NCBI GenBank assembly: GCA_030704615.1
Contig: CM060732.1
Span: 26,722,001 to 26,786,000, forward strand
Length of the DNA stretch: 64,000 nucleotides
Reading direction: 5' to 3'
Origin: Takakia lepidozioides
Taxonomy: Eukaryota; Plantae; Bryophyta
Shown here: one piece after another, positions 39,701-52,750 of the stretch
How positions within the stretch are numbered: the stretch's first letter is position 1
Layout: each line of letters opens with the position of its first letter
Made by a program: the position numbers and the translations under genes
The notes under the pieces: generated by a model
Told to the model about the DNA's origin: nothing
The model's input: only the letters and a program-made list of their open reading frames with translations
Databases searched by the model: none

Positions 39701-40322
39701 TATCATCACAGGGCGTGACCCAAAGAACACGTAAAACTGTCTCCCTTGCGTTTGTGTTCATGTTTGCAGATTGCCATCTGTACCTTGATCTGTCCATATG
39801 TATCCCGTGTCCCTCCTGCAAAGGTGTAGGTGGCAAGTACAGTGACTTGATTTCACATGTTTGGGAGCTAGAGTGCTATTTTTCCAGCGGTCAGATTTTG
39901 GTCTATGTGAATGCAAGGATGGTCAGTTCTGAATTTCATGGTTTTGTGCATGGCACAGGTGTTGGTCGTACCACAATGGGGGATCATGGCCCACTCTTCT
40001 GTGGCAATTCACTGTGGCATGCATAAAGATGGGACGCCCGGAGCTAGCTCGCAAAGCTGTTGAAGTTGCTGAGAAGCGACTCTCAAGAGACAGGTGGCCA
40101 GAATATTATGACACTCGAACTGGTCGATTCATTGGAAAGCAGGCGCGCCTCTACCAAACCTGGTCAATTGCAGGATTCTTGGTGGCAAAGCTGCTTCTTG
40201 CAAATCCTAAGGCTGCAAGTTTTCTTACATGTGAAGAGGACATTGGATTGCTGGATGCATGTATTCTTGACGCAAACCCCCGCCGAAAACGGAAATATTC
40301 AACATCTGACACTATGGTCTAA
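36760..40322 (+). CDS. Alkaline/neutral invertase (GH100), organelle-targeted alpha group; exons 36760-37653, 37983-38151, 38675-38886, 39237-39730, 39959-40322
   Basis: [74 protein letters not shown] and QTWSIAG. All introns are GT-AG and phase-compatible. Long Ser/Arg-rich N-terminal extension suggests a transit peptide. Confidence 0.96.
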
Positions 40323-40848
40323 ATTTCAGGTGTATTTTTTGTCACTGTGATTCAGCTGTCTCTTGCAAATCATTTGACCGGCGGATACCTTCTCTTTCAC
40401 ACTGTCACTCAGACTAGGTGTTCACCCAGACCAGACAAATTTCCAATTAACTGTATGCGTTGTAAATAGACCACCACCTGAACTAGCCTTGGATACAAAT
40501 TTATGGCTGGAGTTGCAATAATTAGATATGTGATCCTAGTGAGAGCATCTGTCAAACTTTTCCTTGGAAAGCCCACTTCCAAGTGTTGTAATTGAGTATT
40601 TAAGTAACCGATCAAACCCCATGCAGTTCCACAGTGGTGTGATCAAGTTTGCAACCCACCTTTTAGACCAGAAAACTCGTCTTCTGTAAAATGATTGTTA
40701 CGAACTATGTATTGGGCATGTGGAAATCAGTGTTGGGCGGTTCTTGCTTTTTCCAGTTCAGGTTCCGGGTCGGAGGTGGTTATTCGGGATGAAAAAAATG
40801 CGGTTCCGGTTCCATCATCCCGGTTCTCGAACATTAGGATGGTTTCTG

Positions 40849-40851
<3 letters not shown>

Positions 40852-40879
<28 letters not shown>

Positions 40880-42230
40880 TTTTTAAGAACAGCTGGAGAA
40901 TTTTATTAATAAAACCGAGGAAAAAATAACCTCAGGAAAACAACCATAAGGATGAAAAAGGAGACACCCCATAACCATAACTGTGAGAGTCTGCAGGAAG
41001 CTAAGGGTAAGTAGGTTCCATAGCAGCGAGGCGAGACTACAGAGGGTCGTTGATTCTGCGTCTAGAGGATTCAAATGAGAGATGGGCCTTAGATTTGCCC
41101 TTTCTAGAAGTTCTCTTATGCCTCGAATTCACACCAGACTCCTCCTGCTCCATTGATTGTTGGGCACTAGTGGAGCTGCCAACATGTCGGGAGGCTGTCG
41201 TATTAGACAATCGATGAGTCTGATGTTCTTCTCAGATGAAGATCCCTTGTCCCCAAGAGTTATCAAAGCTAGAGAATAGTTGTTGTCTCCTTCCTTGCGC
41301 ACATCGAGCAGAAGCTGCACACAAAACATTCCAAGCCTTCCGAGCCTCAGACAATAAGTCTGAGTGAACCCTATAAAGCAGCTTTTTTACACAAGGCTGC
41401 AGTCCTCCCAAAACTAGCGAACACCTGCTTTTCCAAATATTCCAGAGCGAGTGCGCTCTAAGACAAGCCCATACTGGGCATTGGCTCCGGATAGCTCTTT
41501 CGTTTAGATTGAGTAAGAGAACCGAGGTCTGAAGGGAAATCGACGGTCCCAGGCCTGGTAAAACATCCGAATACGATTCCAAACAAACGAAGCGAAGGGG
41601 CATTCGACCAGACAATGTTCCAGCGATTCTGACTGTTCCAAATTACATACTAGACAGTGATCAGATGCATCTGGAATGAATTGAAATACATGCCGGATTC
41701 GGTTTACTATCTTCCACAGGAACCCCGACAGTTTGGCCGCCCGATCCTTCCTCCAAACATCCTTCCATATAGTTTGTCAATTACCAGGCAGGCTGGGCAG
41801 ATGTCCCCACTTCGCGTTCCATTTAGCCACGAAGGAGATAGGTGGCCTTAACAGGGAGTAGCCTAGTTTGACCTTGTATCCAAGGAATGGATCATCTTTT
41901 TAGTCATCCAATTCCACTCCGCCGGGTCAAATTGCAGCATTTGTAAGGGAGCAGATAAGAACCAATTGAAGGAACCAAAGTAATGCTGCATATTAATGGG
42001 CGGGATCGGGTCACATTTCCCAGTGTCTTTGCAAAAGACTCTGATGGCATACATCTCGGTTTCCAGTTCGTGAGACCAAATCGACGAAGTCAAGGTACCA
42101 TCCTGTTGAACTGTGAATTTCCAGTTAGACCCCATACGCAAGGTGGCATAGAAAGCAAATTTCGAAGAGTTGTGGCTGGTACCCCCGAGCCAAGCTGGTA
42201 GGAATCTAGGGATTTGCTAGGGATCTGGTA
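40852..42230 (-). mobile_element. 5'-truncated LINE 3' end with A-rich tail and 11-bp target-site duplication
   Basis: TSD ggtttctgttt at 40841-40851 and 42231-42241. (TTTTG)n/poly-T tail on plus at ~40852-40884. C-terminal ORF2 motif LWNIWKSRC. Confidence 0.8.
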
Positions 42231-43247
42231 GGTTTCTGTTTATTTGCTGGAAAAAGATGCTAGTTCTTTTGTTTTCAATTTTTTCATTTGTTTTTATTTC
42301 AGAGAAAGGGACAGAAGCCCTTCTAACCCTTAACTTCCTTAGCCCTTTTAACCCTTAAGGTCCATTCGCACCATCAGAGGGTAAGAGGGCTAATAATGAC
42401 CACCCTCACCCCTCCTTCTAGCTAGGCGTCAAACATATCACCCAAACATATATTCCACTTAACCTCGTGTTGTTCGCACCAAGGTGGTAAATATATGTGT
42501 GATTTGGGGTTAACTTACTTCCCCCCTTCCACCAATTCAGTCCAAGGGTTTGGCAAAACCCAAATCTCCCACGTCGTTGAGTGTAGCTCGCGGGGCGCCC
42601 CTTGTGGCGAGCGTGTGGCGAAGGTCGGGCCCCACAATATTCTTGCTGGTGATTAAGCTAACTCCTGGAAATGCAGGGGTCAAAGTATCCCACCAGTGTT
42701 GGGCGGGTATGTCACTGAGATCATGACCTACAGCCTGGACTTGTCAATATGGAAACCCACTAGAAGCCCGCCAGGCCCGGACTTGTGAGGATATTAAGAT
42801 TTTTGTTGTCCGGCGGATATGCATAGTCTATGTTCATTTTTTCATTGCCGGTCATGGACATAAAGGGTTTGCTGTTTTAGAAGCCAGCCGGTCATTTGTA
42901 AGGGCAGGTCATGTTTTTTTTTAATGAATTTGATTTTTTAAGAAATATATATTTAAATGACTCCAACTTCTATCAAACTTTTTGGGCCACCCTCTTTTCC
43001 TTGAAAATCACCAATTGCTAAAGTACATGAGTCATGATCTCTGCCCTTATTTCATTAACTATCCATAGTCATCACCAACCTGGGCCCACCTCTTCAGATG
43101 CCCTTGTTCTCCTCACTCCACAAGCCCTACCCGGCCCTCCCACACCTCTAACCCGACTATGTAGGCTTTTGGCGGGCCTCCCGGAGCCCTAACCCACCTA
43201 TACAAGTCTTGGGGCGGGTCCTAGGGACAACCAAACACTTGCGGACT

Positions 43248-43690
43248 CCTGAAGGATATTGTATTTGATCGAGGACCACAGTTCATATCAAATTTTTGGA
43301 GGGGATTATTTCACATATTGGATACTAAGATCAACCTCTCTACAGCTAATCATCCACAGACTGATGGTCAAACCGAACGTGTAAACCAGATTTTGGAACA
43401 ATATCTTCGCTGTACGATAAATTATCACCAAGATAATTGGACGGACTTTCTGTCATTGGCTGAGTTTGCCTACAACAACTCTATACATTCTTCGACCAAA
43501 CAAACTTCATTTTTCTCCAATTATGGTCATCATCCTCGAGCAAATCCTTTCCACATGAAGACTGTTGGAAGCTTTGTTGCAGAAAACCTTGCTACTGATC
43601 TTGCTACGATTCACAAGGAGATTACATTCCACCTCGCAGAAGCTCAAAAACAATACAAAGAGTATGCAGATCAACATCGCCAACTCCAAC
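43248..43690 (+). mobile_element. Ty3/Gypsy integrase core fragment
   Basis: IVFDRGPQFIS..W, STANHPQTDGQTERVNQILEQYLR and AEFAYNNS. Confidence 0.9.
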
Positions 43691-44136
43691 AGGTATGGAT
43701 GGGCCCGGCGGTCAGGGCTGGACATACCCTGGTGCATATCCTGGTACATACCCGGGTGTGACCTGTGTACCCGCCCAATACTATATCCCACATACTTCTC
43801 TCAGATTCACGTTGAATATCTCAAATGGCGGTAGAGGGGTCATATGGAATGCATTACCCCCACCCTCTATCCCCCTCTACACCTGCTCTAACCCCACTTT
43901 CACATCAGCAATTTTTGGAATGTGCAGGGAGGCTGTTGGACTATATTTACTTTGATTTGATCCCCTCCTTAACCCCGGGTGCGAATGGACGTTTAACTGC
44001 TCAAATTAATAAGAACAATGAAAAAATAACCTTGCTGAAGCCGTGAAGGCAAGTACATAACCAAAAACTAGAGGCACACCATTTCAAAGATGAGAAGTGG
44101 GCCAAAGGGGAGAGAGAGAAGACGGAGAAAGACGGA

Positions 44137-45796
44137 TACCCAATGGGATTTACTCTGGACTTTTGGGAGGAAATGACGTCTTATAGGCCGGAGTGGCAGT
44201 CAAGGGATGGCCAACGTGCACTGCCCCTAGTGCGGTTTATTAGTGTAGTGGTGGATCATAGAAATATGATGCCCACATTGGCTGCATTCTCAGGTGTGGT
44301 GGCTTAGGGTGGTGAGCTCTTGGAAGGAAATAGCCATGCAGATGATAGGCCACCACCTGATGAGGACAAGCAATTGGTATACAAGGCTGAGTTGCTTCCT
44401 CATGTTCCTGTGCATAGCTCACTGTGGGGTACAGTTGGGGATTTGCAGCGAGTGGCAAGCCAGTGTGTGTAGCAAGCATGACATGAGGCCTTTCCATCGG
44501 TAGGTGAGGAGAATTCAGTGACATCACCTGGACCTCCTCAGTTAGCTCCATTGGACACAATGCCTATTATCTGGCAACAACCTGACTCGGGCATTTGTTT
44601 GCTAGACCTGTTTGGAGGCATGAGCACTGGGCTTGCAGGAGTGTTGTAAGCAGGGATTAAAGTACATAAGTACTTGTATGTGGAGAAGGTGAGATTGCTC
44701 GGCGTATTTCTATGCGCCACATTGTCTTGCTCACACACGGGTATCCTGAGTTGTTGCCTCTCTCAGCAATTCAAGGGTATCAAAAGGCCTTGCTAGCAGA
44801 CATTACCTTGCTGGGGGCGGATAATTTGGACCGGCATGGTCCTATTGACGTGGTGATAGTCGGATAGCCTTGCCAATGACACTCTCCCGCAGGTCATGGG
44901 AATGACTTGCATGATGCACGATCTCATCTGTTTTGGGAGATATTGCGAGTGTTGTGTGACTTGCAGGTGAGGCAAGTGCAACCTCCAGCTTACATCCTGG
45001 AGAATGTTCCTCTCATGGGAGATTCTCGGGCCAGGGTTATGGCCAGTGTGCATCAGATCCGGTCATGGATTGGACCAGCTGTATTGTTGGATGTAGCTGC
45101 AGTGGGTTCCCGGACACATAGGCCTAGGTTGTGGTGGACCAATCTTGCACCACCAGAGTTGCTCAATAGAGCCTATCATTCCATTCAACGACCACCCAAC
45201 CTCACGGTTGAGGGCATTTTGGACCAGGGGAGGCAACCACAGAGAGTGCAATATGATGATCGTCCACCTTCAGTGGTGGTCAATCGAGTGGGGCAACCAC
45301 GTGCGGCCTTGCCTACACTCATGATTTTTCCCTCGTCTCATGTTTTTCAAGACAATGGTCCAGGGCTGATTTGGGACAATGTGCTACAGCAACTGGTGGC
45401 GCCTAGTGCAGATGAGTGAGAGCGGGCAATGGGGTTTGCCACGGGCACTACAGCTGTGCCAGCTCTGTCAGAGGCATCACGACGCCAGGTGTTGGGTCAG
45501 GCAATGGATCTCAATTGCTTGACATGGATCATTGACTTGTGCATGGCTGAGCAATGGAGATTGCAAACATTGGTGGCTACTTCTGCACTTCCATTGGATA
45601 TTGCACCATCTCTGCCAATCGGGACGGTGGAGGCAGTGAGTGGGGGCGAGCATATGATCATGGGGTGCAAACACCCATGGCAGATGTGGGATGAGATGCG
45701 CAAAGAGAGAGTCATTGGATCTCTCAAGCAGTAGTATGAGGAGTGAGGAGAGCCATACACTGAGGATTAGTTGGAGGCCAAGGTGGCTAATGGGGC
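44137..45796 (+). pseudogene. Second, decayed copy of the retrotransposon-borne C5 DNA methyltransferase (protease tail + MTase domain)
   Basis: YPMGFTLDFWEE, LLDLFGGMSTG (motif I), G*PCQ*H (IV), ILENVP (VI), HRPRLWWTNL (VIII) and ERAMGF...RRQVLGQAMD (IX/X). Collinear with 49306-50850; multiple stops. Confidence 0.9.
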
Positions 45797-46788
45797 TGTG
45801 ACGGGCTGTGACAGGCTGTGGTGGGCTGTGCCCTGTGGCCTGTGGGGCTGTGAGGGGCTGTGACAGGCTGTGGCGGGCTGTGACAAGCTGTGCCCAGTGG
45901 CCTGTGGGGCTGTGACGGGCTGTGACAGGCTATGATGGGTTGTGATGGGCTGTGACAGGCTGTGCCCTGTGGCCTGTGGGGCTGTAACGGGCTGTGATAG
46001 GCTGTGATGGGCTGTGACAGGCTGTGGTGGCCTGTGCCCTATGGTCTGTGGGGCTGTGAGGGGCTGTGACAGGTTGTGGCATGTGTGGGGCTGTGACGGC
46101 TGTGACCAGTGAACTGTGTGGGCCTGTGCTGGTCTGTGGTGGCCCGTGTTGACCTGTGGACGGCCTGTGCTAACTCGTGGAGGCACTGGTGGACTGCCTA
46201 AGGACTGGCATGTGGTCTTGAAGGCCGAATTTTGAAGTTCGTGGAGGGAGGTTTGAGGAGTATCTTCATGATATTCCCATGGTCATGCAAGTGAGGGAAG
46301 AGAGGAGATGAAGAGTGTTGGGATGAGGGCATGCTGGGGTTAGGCATTGCTTTAGCTTCTTTTCCACGTAGTTTCCACCCTCTCATTAGGCCAAGACCTT
46401 TCCGTAGGTGGAGGCAAGAGTCAGTCCGGGTTTGGGCTGGGGTGTCCTTGCAGGAGCAACACCGTAGAGTTGTTTTTGGTGTGGGGGAGTTGTCGTTCTG
46501 ATTTCTTGTGTTTGGATCCCCTCCATACCTGCATGCTTGACTGTGCGCCATGCTAGTTTTGTGTGGGCGCTTGTTTTTATAGGTGATTGGTCCGGATTTG
46601 ATCACTGGCCAGTCCTAGAGCATGCTGTCAATGGTGAGGCTGGGGTGATGACCAGCCAGACCATCATTGTTTCTCCTGTGGTGAGGTTGGAGGTGATGAC
46701 CAGCCAACCATAGGAGTGCTTGCGGTGGATGCAGGTACAAGTGTAGGCTATGTTAGGAACTTAGTATTCCAAACCATAAGCCGCAACA
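45797..46788 (+). repeat. Probable 5' LTR of the DNMT-bearing Gypsy element, starting with a GGGCTGTGACAGGCTGT minisatellite
   Basis: Begins TGTGACGG and ends CCGCAACA, followed by GGTT... ~55 bp before the gag ORF. Tandem CTGTG motifs at 45797-46160. Confidence 0.5.
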
Positions 46789-49764
46789 GGTTCTCTACCC
46801 GGTTACCTTGTGGAGAGGGGGTTAGGGACATATTCATGACCGGTTGAGTGTCAACACGGAGGTGCCACTAGTTGCTGGGGACAGTGCTGGTTCGAGCACT
46901 AGCGATACTAGTGGGTACACGAGACGAGGTGTGCGGTTTAGGCCACCTTCACCTCTTGTGTCTTCTACGGAAGGTTCTGATTCGGATTGTGACTCAGGAG
47001 GACTCATACCGGCGGTGCAAGTTGTTTCCTTGTCATTGTTGTGGGACACAATGGAGGAGATGTATGGAGCTACCAAGGGGCCACAAAGGTATTCTGGGGC
47101 GGTGGGCACTATCAAGTTGGATGATTTTATCCAAGAGTTTGATAGTTGGTGTGATTTGCAGCAAATGCGCAATCCACAACTATTTACGCCTTTCATGGCA
47201 TGGAAGGGGTTGTTTCAGCACCTTGAGGGGCCGCCTATGGATGATTACCATGAGTTCAAGCAGGGGCATGAGGTTGAGATCGAGGAGTGGAGGATGTACT
47301 GGTCACCCGACTATGTCTCCATCACTAGGGGCACTAGAGTCACAAGGGCAGTGGCTACACCTGCCGCTGCACCGGTAGCTTCAGCAAGCAGCAGTGGGAC
47401 TAGTAGGACTGGTGGTACCGTAGCTACGACGTCCACCCAAGCCACTATCGCACCGGCACCAGTACCCGTGCCTGCCTTCAACCTTGTTGTGGAGTTCTTC
47501 GAAGAGTTGAGAAAGAACTACCAAGGGGTGAGGACAGAGAAGTTGCGGAGCTTGCAAGAGTTCCAACGGAAGCCTACTGAGAGCTTGAGGGAGGCTTTCA
47601 CTCGCATGAGGCGCTTGATAAATGTAACCCAAGGGGTTACGGAAGCTCAGGCAGTCCAATTTTGGTATGGGATATTGGACAAGGAGTTGAGGAGAAGGGT
47701 GCGGGATGCAACTCTCCTACAAGCGGCCCAACCCACCTTAGCAAATGTGTTTTTGCTGGCAGAGCGGATAGAGCTCAACATGGTGGAGGAACGAGTGGTC
47801 ATGGTGGGATTTGCTAAGGAGACACCACGGGGTAGTGGTGCTCCTAGCCAACCACTACCTCAACGTGCTCAAGGCAACAAGGGGGCTCAGGTGAAGCTCA
47901 GAGAAGGGCAGAGAGGACCTCAGATGCAGGGGTCTCTCCCTTCATTTGCAGGCCAACAACGGGCGGATGTGGTGTGTTGGACATGTGGAGGACCCCACGT
48001 CAAGAAGGATTGTCCAGAGGGAGGCAAAGGGCCGGCACATGCACAGCCTGCACAGTTGTAGTGTGGGCATTGTGGCAAGCACGGGCATGGAGAGGCCCAG
48101 TGTTATGGTTTGCATCCCGAGTTGCGCCCAGGCCAGTTCCAAGGGAACAATGGTGGCCGGGGGCGAGGGGGAGCAGCCCAAAGAGGACGTGGTGGCCAGG
48201 CACGGGGTGTAGGCCAAGGGCAAGCTCAACATGGCCAAGGACGCGGAGGTCAAGGTGTTGACCAAGACATGGCCAACCGGCTTCAGCAGCTAGAGCAGAG
48301 GCTCGCTGCCATGACTACAGCTCAGGTGGTACCGGCTCCAAGGCCGGATGGTCCACCTCCTGCTCCTGAGGGAGGAGATATGGGAGGTATGGGATTCATG
48401 TGCGGAGCAGCACCACAGGTGGAGTCTGCTGCAGCCGTGACTCGAGGAGCAGCACGAGTTCCTGAGCCACGAGGTGCAGAGGTGGAGTTGGATCCACAGC
48501 GTGGGGAAACAAGCCGTCAGGCTAGGCTTCCTCAGTCATTCACATTGGCGGAGACAGTGTCGACACCATCCATGGCACCTAGTTCTCGCTCGACTGTTAC
48601 CGAGGCAGAGGTTACTATGTTATTGGGGAAAACTACACGGGTAGCATCGTCACCTAGTGTTGCCAAAGCTACGGCAGCTAGTGTACTGCTGGGAGCGGCC
48701 ACTGTGTGCCAGACTCCATTGTTCTCGGCTACCATGATTGCGATGTCAGGGGTAAGACCAGCTGAGGTGTTTAGGCTGGCAGCTACACTCTGTGAGAGTG
48801 AGGAGGTTACTTCATCTTCTACGGAGATAGTGGGAGGTGTAGTGCCGGAGGGATCCTCGGATTTGAGGATCAAGACTACCACGGCGGCGCCATGGCAAGC
48901 TGCAGCTGCCAGGTTGATGGAGCTGCCAGCTAGGCCAGCCATTGAGCGCGCCATGGTGACACCTGGAGTTGTCATGTTAGACAACCAGGATGACATTTTT
49001 TGTTTGAGTGGACCGGCAGGCAAGAGGTACCGGCCATTGCGGGTCTTGTTGGACTCGGGAGCTCAGCCATTGATGCTGGGCAGAACTGCTATTGCAGGCT
49101 TGGGCCTCACGGAGGCGGATATGGAACCTTGTCCTTTCCAGATACAGACGTCTCTGGGAGGATCGGAGCAGGCTCGGGGCATGACACGGCGTGAGTTGGC
49201 TATCAGACTACGGCCGGATCACCCTACAGATGGCTCAGTGATGCAAGCCAAAGCCATTATGACAGATGCGGTCTCGTACGATGTCCTGGTTGGTGGGGCA
49301 GTGTTGTACCCCATGGGCTTCACCCTGGTTTTTTGGGAGGAGTCAGCTTCCTATAGGCCTGGATGGCAGTCAGGGGAGGGCCGGCATGTGCAGCTCCCTG
49401 TGACGTTTATAGGAGGAGTTGCAGTTGCCCAGCGGGGCAAGATGCCGACACTAGCAGCATTCACAGCTGCAGTGACTTGGCCTGCAGAGTTGCTAGAGGG
49501 CAACGCTCATTCAGAGGATGTGTCACCTCCAGGAGAGCAGGATGACATATATGGTATGGCGGAGTTGCCTGCCATGGTTGTTCAGACTCCATTTTGGGGC
49601 ACGAGCAAGGATTTGCAGTGGGTTGCTGATCGACGGGTGCAACAAGCCTGGGTGGAGGCTTTTGTACCATCAGGAGAGGAGGAGAGTGCGGGGATTGCAC
49701 CAGGACCACCTCCGTTGTCACCATTGGATACCATACCTATTGTGTGGCAGTATCCGGATGAAGG

Positions 49765-50700
49765 CATTTGTCTTCTGGACTTGTTTGGCGGGATCAGCAC
49801 CGGATTGGCTGCTGTATTACAGGCATGCGTACGAGTTCGGTGTTACCTGTATGTAGAGAGAGATGAGACTACACGACACGTTTCACTTCGCCATGTTGCT
49901 CAGTTGGTGCAGCAATACCCTGAGTTGTTGCTGGTGTCTGCAGTTCGTGGATATCAGCAGGCCTTGCCAGCAGACATTTCGTTGCTGGGGGCGCAGGATT
50001 TGGATCGGGTTGGCTCCTTTGATCTGGTAGTGGCAGGTTGGCCCTGCCAAGGGCATTCATCAGCCGAGCATGGCAATGGATTGCGAGACTCGAGGTCGGG
50101 TCTGTTTTGGGAGATGGTGCGGGTTTTGCGCCACTTGCAGCTTCACCAAGCTATATCTCCAGTATACATCTTGGAGAATGTGCCACTGATGGACGATTCT
50201 CGGGCTAGGGTGATGGCCAGTGTGCATCAAGTCCGGTCGTGGCTTGGGTCAGCAGAGTTGCTAAATGCAGCTACAGTGGGGTCACGGGCTCATCGTCCAC
50301 GGCTATGGTGGACTAACTTGATGCCACCCGCACTGCTCAAGCGTGCATTTGATGGGGTGCAGCGGCCAGCACACCTCATAGTGGATAACATTTTGGACAC
50401 AGGGAGGCAGTCTCAGCGTGTGAGACACGATGACCGTTCGCCTTTGGCAGTGGTCAACAGGGTCAACCACGAGCAGCATTACCTACACTGCTCAGCTTCC
50501 CAGGATCGCATGCTTTCCGAGATAGTGAACCTGGCCTCTGTGGGATGCTCAGTTGCAACAATTAGTGGAGCCTAATGCCGACGAGCAAGAGCGGGCTATG
50601 GGTTTTTCCATTGGGACCACGGCAGTGCCTTCTCTTTCTGAGGCATCACGTCGTCAGGTGTGGGGCAAGCAATGGATCTAAATTGCTTGACCTGGATTAT
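49765..50700 (+). pseudogene. C5-cytosine DNA methyltransferase domain (DNMT3-like, non-permuted) within the Gypsy polyprotein
   Basis: LLDLFGGISTG (I), YLYVERD (II), FDLVVAGWPCQGHS (IV, catalytic Cys at 50045), ILENVP (VI), AHRPRLWWTNL (VIII) and EQERAMGF...GQAMD (IX/X). Frameshifts after ~50460. Confidence 0.92.
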
Positions 50701-52750
50701 TAGCTTGGCTATGGCTGAGCAACGCAGAGTGCGGAGTGCACTTCCCTTGACGGTCTCTCTGCCTACTGAGACAGTACAAGCAGTGAGTGGGGGCGAACCG
50801 GTGAGGACCACAGGGTGTAGACATCCATGGCACACGTGGGAGGTGCTCGAGGTTCAGAGGGAGTTGGCAGCCAAGGCGGCTGTGATGGATGAGGTTGGGG
50901 ATTCTTCTCGGGTTGAGGAGGTCCTCAAGGATGAGATGATGGGGCAGGATGAGGCCTTGTCATTGACTGAGCAGGTAGGGAGTACTGCTCAAGAGGTTGT
51001 AGCATAGCAACCACGAGACGCGTCCTCTATCTCTAAGTCTGCTGGACTTAAGGTTGCAGTTACGAAGGGAAATTGGGAGCCTGACATTGGACTTATTGTC
51101 ACTAGAGGAGAGAGACGATGTATACGGCTGTTCCTGAGGCTTATATGAATTGCTTTGCCTCTCGTGCTACGGTGGAGGAGCATGAGACACATGTTCAGGT
51201 TGTGCATCGATCGGGTTTGGTCAATAGGGATGCGGATGGATTGAGTCGCAATCCATGCACGAGCCAGCAGGATGACACTAGAGCTCGGTGGCATGGTGAG
51301 ACGGACGAGGAGATGGTGCCGGGATGACATGCATCTGCCTTTTTGTGTATCTTGGCATCGGGAGGTCAGGTTGGACCTACAATAGGGATGACTGTAGACG
51401 GAGTGTATGAGGACCCTGAGGCTAGTGATGAGCCAAGTGGTGCTAGAGTTATACATGAGGATTCAGTTGTGTTGGACTACCTCCACACTGGAGACACGGC
51501 AGCTAGTGTGACTGCCAAGGAGAGGGATCGGATCCTACAACGAGCCAAGAGGTTCAAGTGGGAGGGGATACAGCTGCTTCGAGTGTGGGAGGATGGTCGG
51601 ATGAGGATCATGCCTCACCCAACACAGCGTGCACAGTTAGTGCGGCATGCCCATGAGGACTTGGGGCATTTTGGAGTGCGACGCACTCATAGTTTACTGC
51701 AGGGGCAGTATTGGTGGCGTGGTATGCACACAGAGGTGCAACAGTTCGTGGCTAGGTGCATGGTGTGTGACAGGGTGCGTGCTTCATTCAACGCCCCTAC
51801 ACCACAGTTGCATCCTTTACCCATCATGGGATTGGGCTACAGATGGAGTCTTGACTTCGCAGGGCCTTTTGCCACTGACGATGTGTCACCACAGATATGT
51901 GTTGGTGATGGTGGAGCACTTCTCCAAGTGGATTGAGTTGATTCCATTGCCTGACAAGGCTAGTGAGGGGGCTGCATATGCATTCTTGGATCGTGTGCTT
52001 AGCCGATTCGGTGCTCCAGCTGAGGTACTCACGGACCAAGGGAGAGAGTTCTTGGGGGAGTTTCAAGCTTTGTGTGATAAAGCCTTGATAGACCACCGCA
52101 CCACTTCTCGGGATCATCCTGAGGCCGATGGCTTGGCAGAAAGAGTTGTTCAGACGATGAAGAGGGGTTTGCGCAAGTATGGCTTGCAGAAGGGACACCT
52201 AGGAGATTGGGATCTTCAGGTTTCTTGGTTAGCCATGGGCTACAGGTTCAGCAAACAAGCATCACTTGCCTCATTCTCACCATATTTCCTTCTCTTTGGC
52301 CGAGAGCCGGATTTTCTTGCAGCCATTCGTAGGGACACTGCTCAAGTCTTTAACCTTGACGATCCGGATGTGTGGGTACGTGCATGTGATCAGCGTGCAG
52401 AGTTGTTCAAGAAAGTCATGCCCATGGCTTTTGAGAACCTTGCCATTGCACAGCACCGTGATACGTTGAGGTATGCCACTATATGTGGTGGAGGGTATCG
52501 TCCTGGGGTTCAGAGGTTTAGCCCTGGTGACTATGTTTATTTGCAGCAGACTACTCCTACGACTCTGGATGTTACTGCAGGGCGTGTTATTTTGAGGGTT
52601 CGAGAGGTGTTGCCCTCAGGGGTCCTGATCTTAGAGGGTCGGGATGACATGACTTGGAAGGACCATGTGCGTAATTGTGCGCCATGTCACCTTCCCAATG
52701 TCGATGGCAGAGTTGACCCAAACTTGGCAGTGGTACCTGCAGGTTTGAGG

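Noticed and set aside
45767-46186. 139-aa ORF with HSLSQP repeats (similar ORF at 29814-30065)
   Set aside because: Translation of the LTR minisatellite, not a credible protein.
48059-48061. Programmed gag-pol stop-codon readthrough
   Set aside because: The TAG lies between the two zinc knuckles within gag, and the element has other lesions, so a CAG to TAG mutation is simpler.
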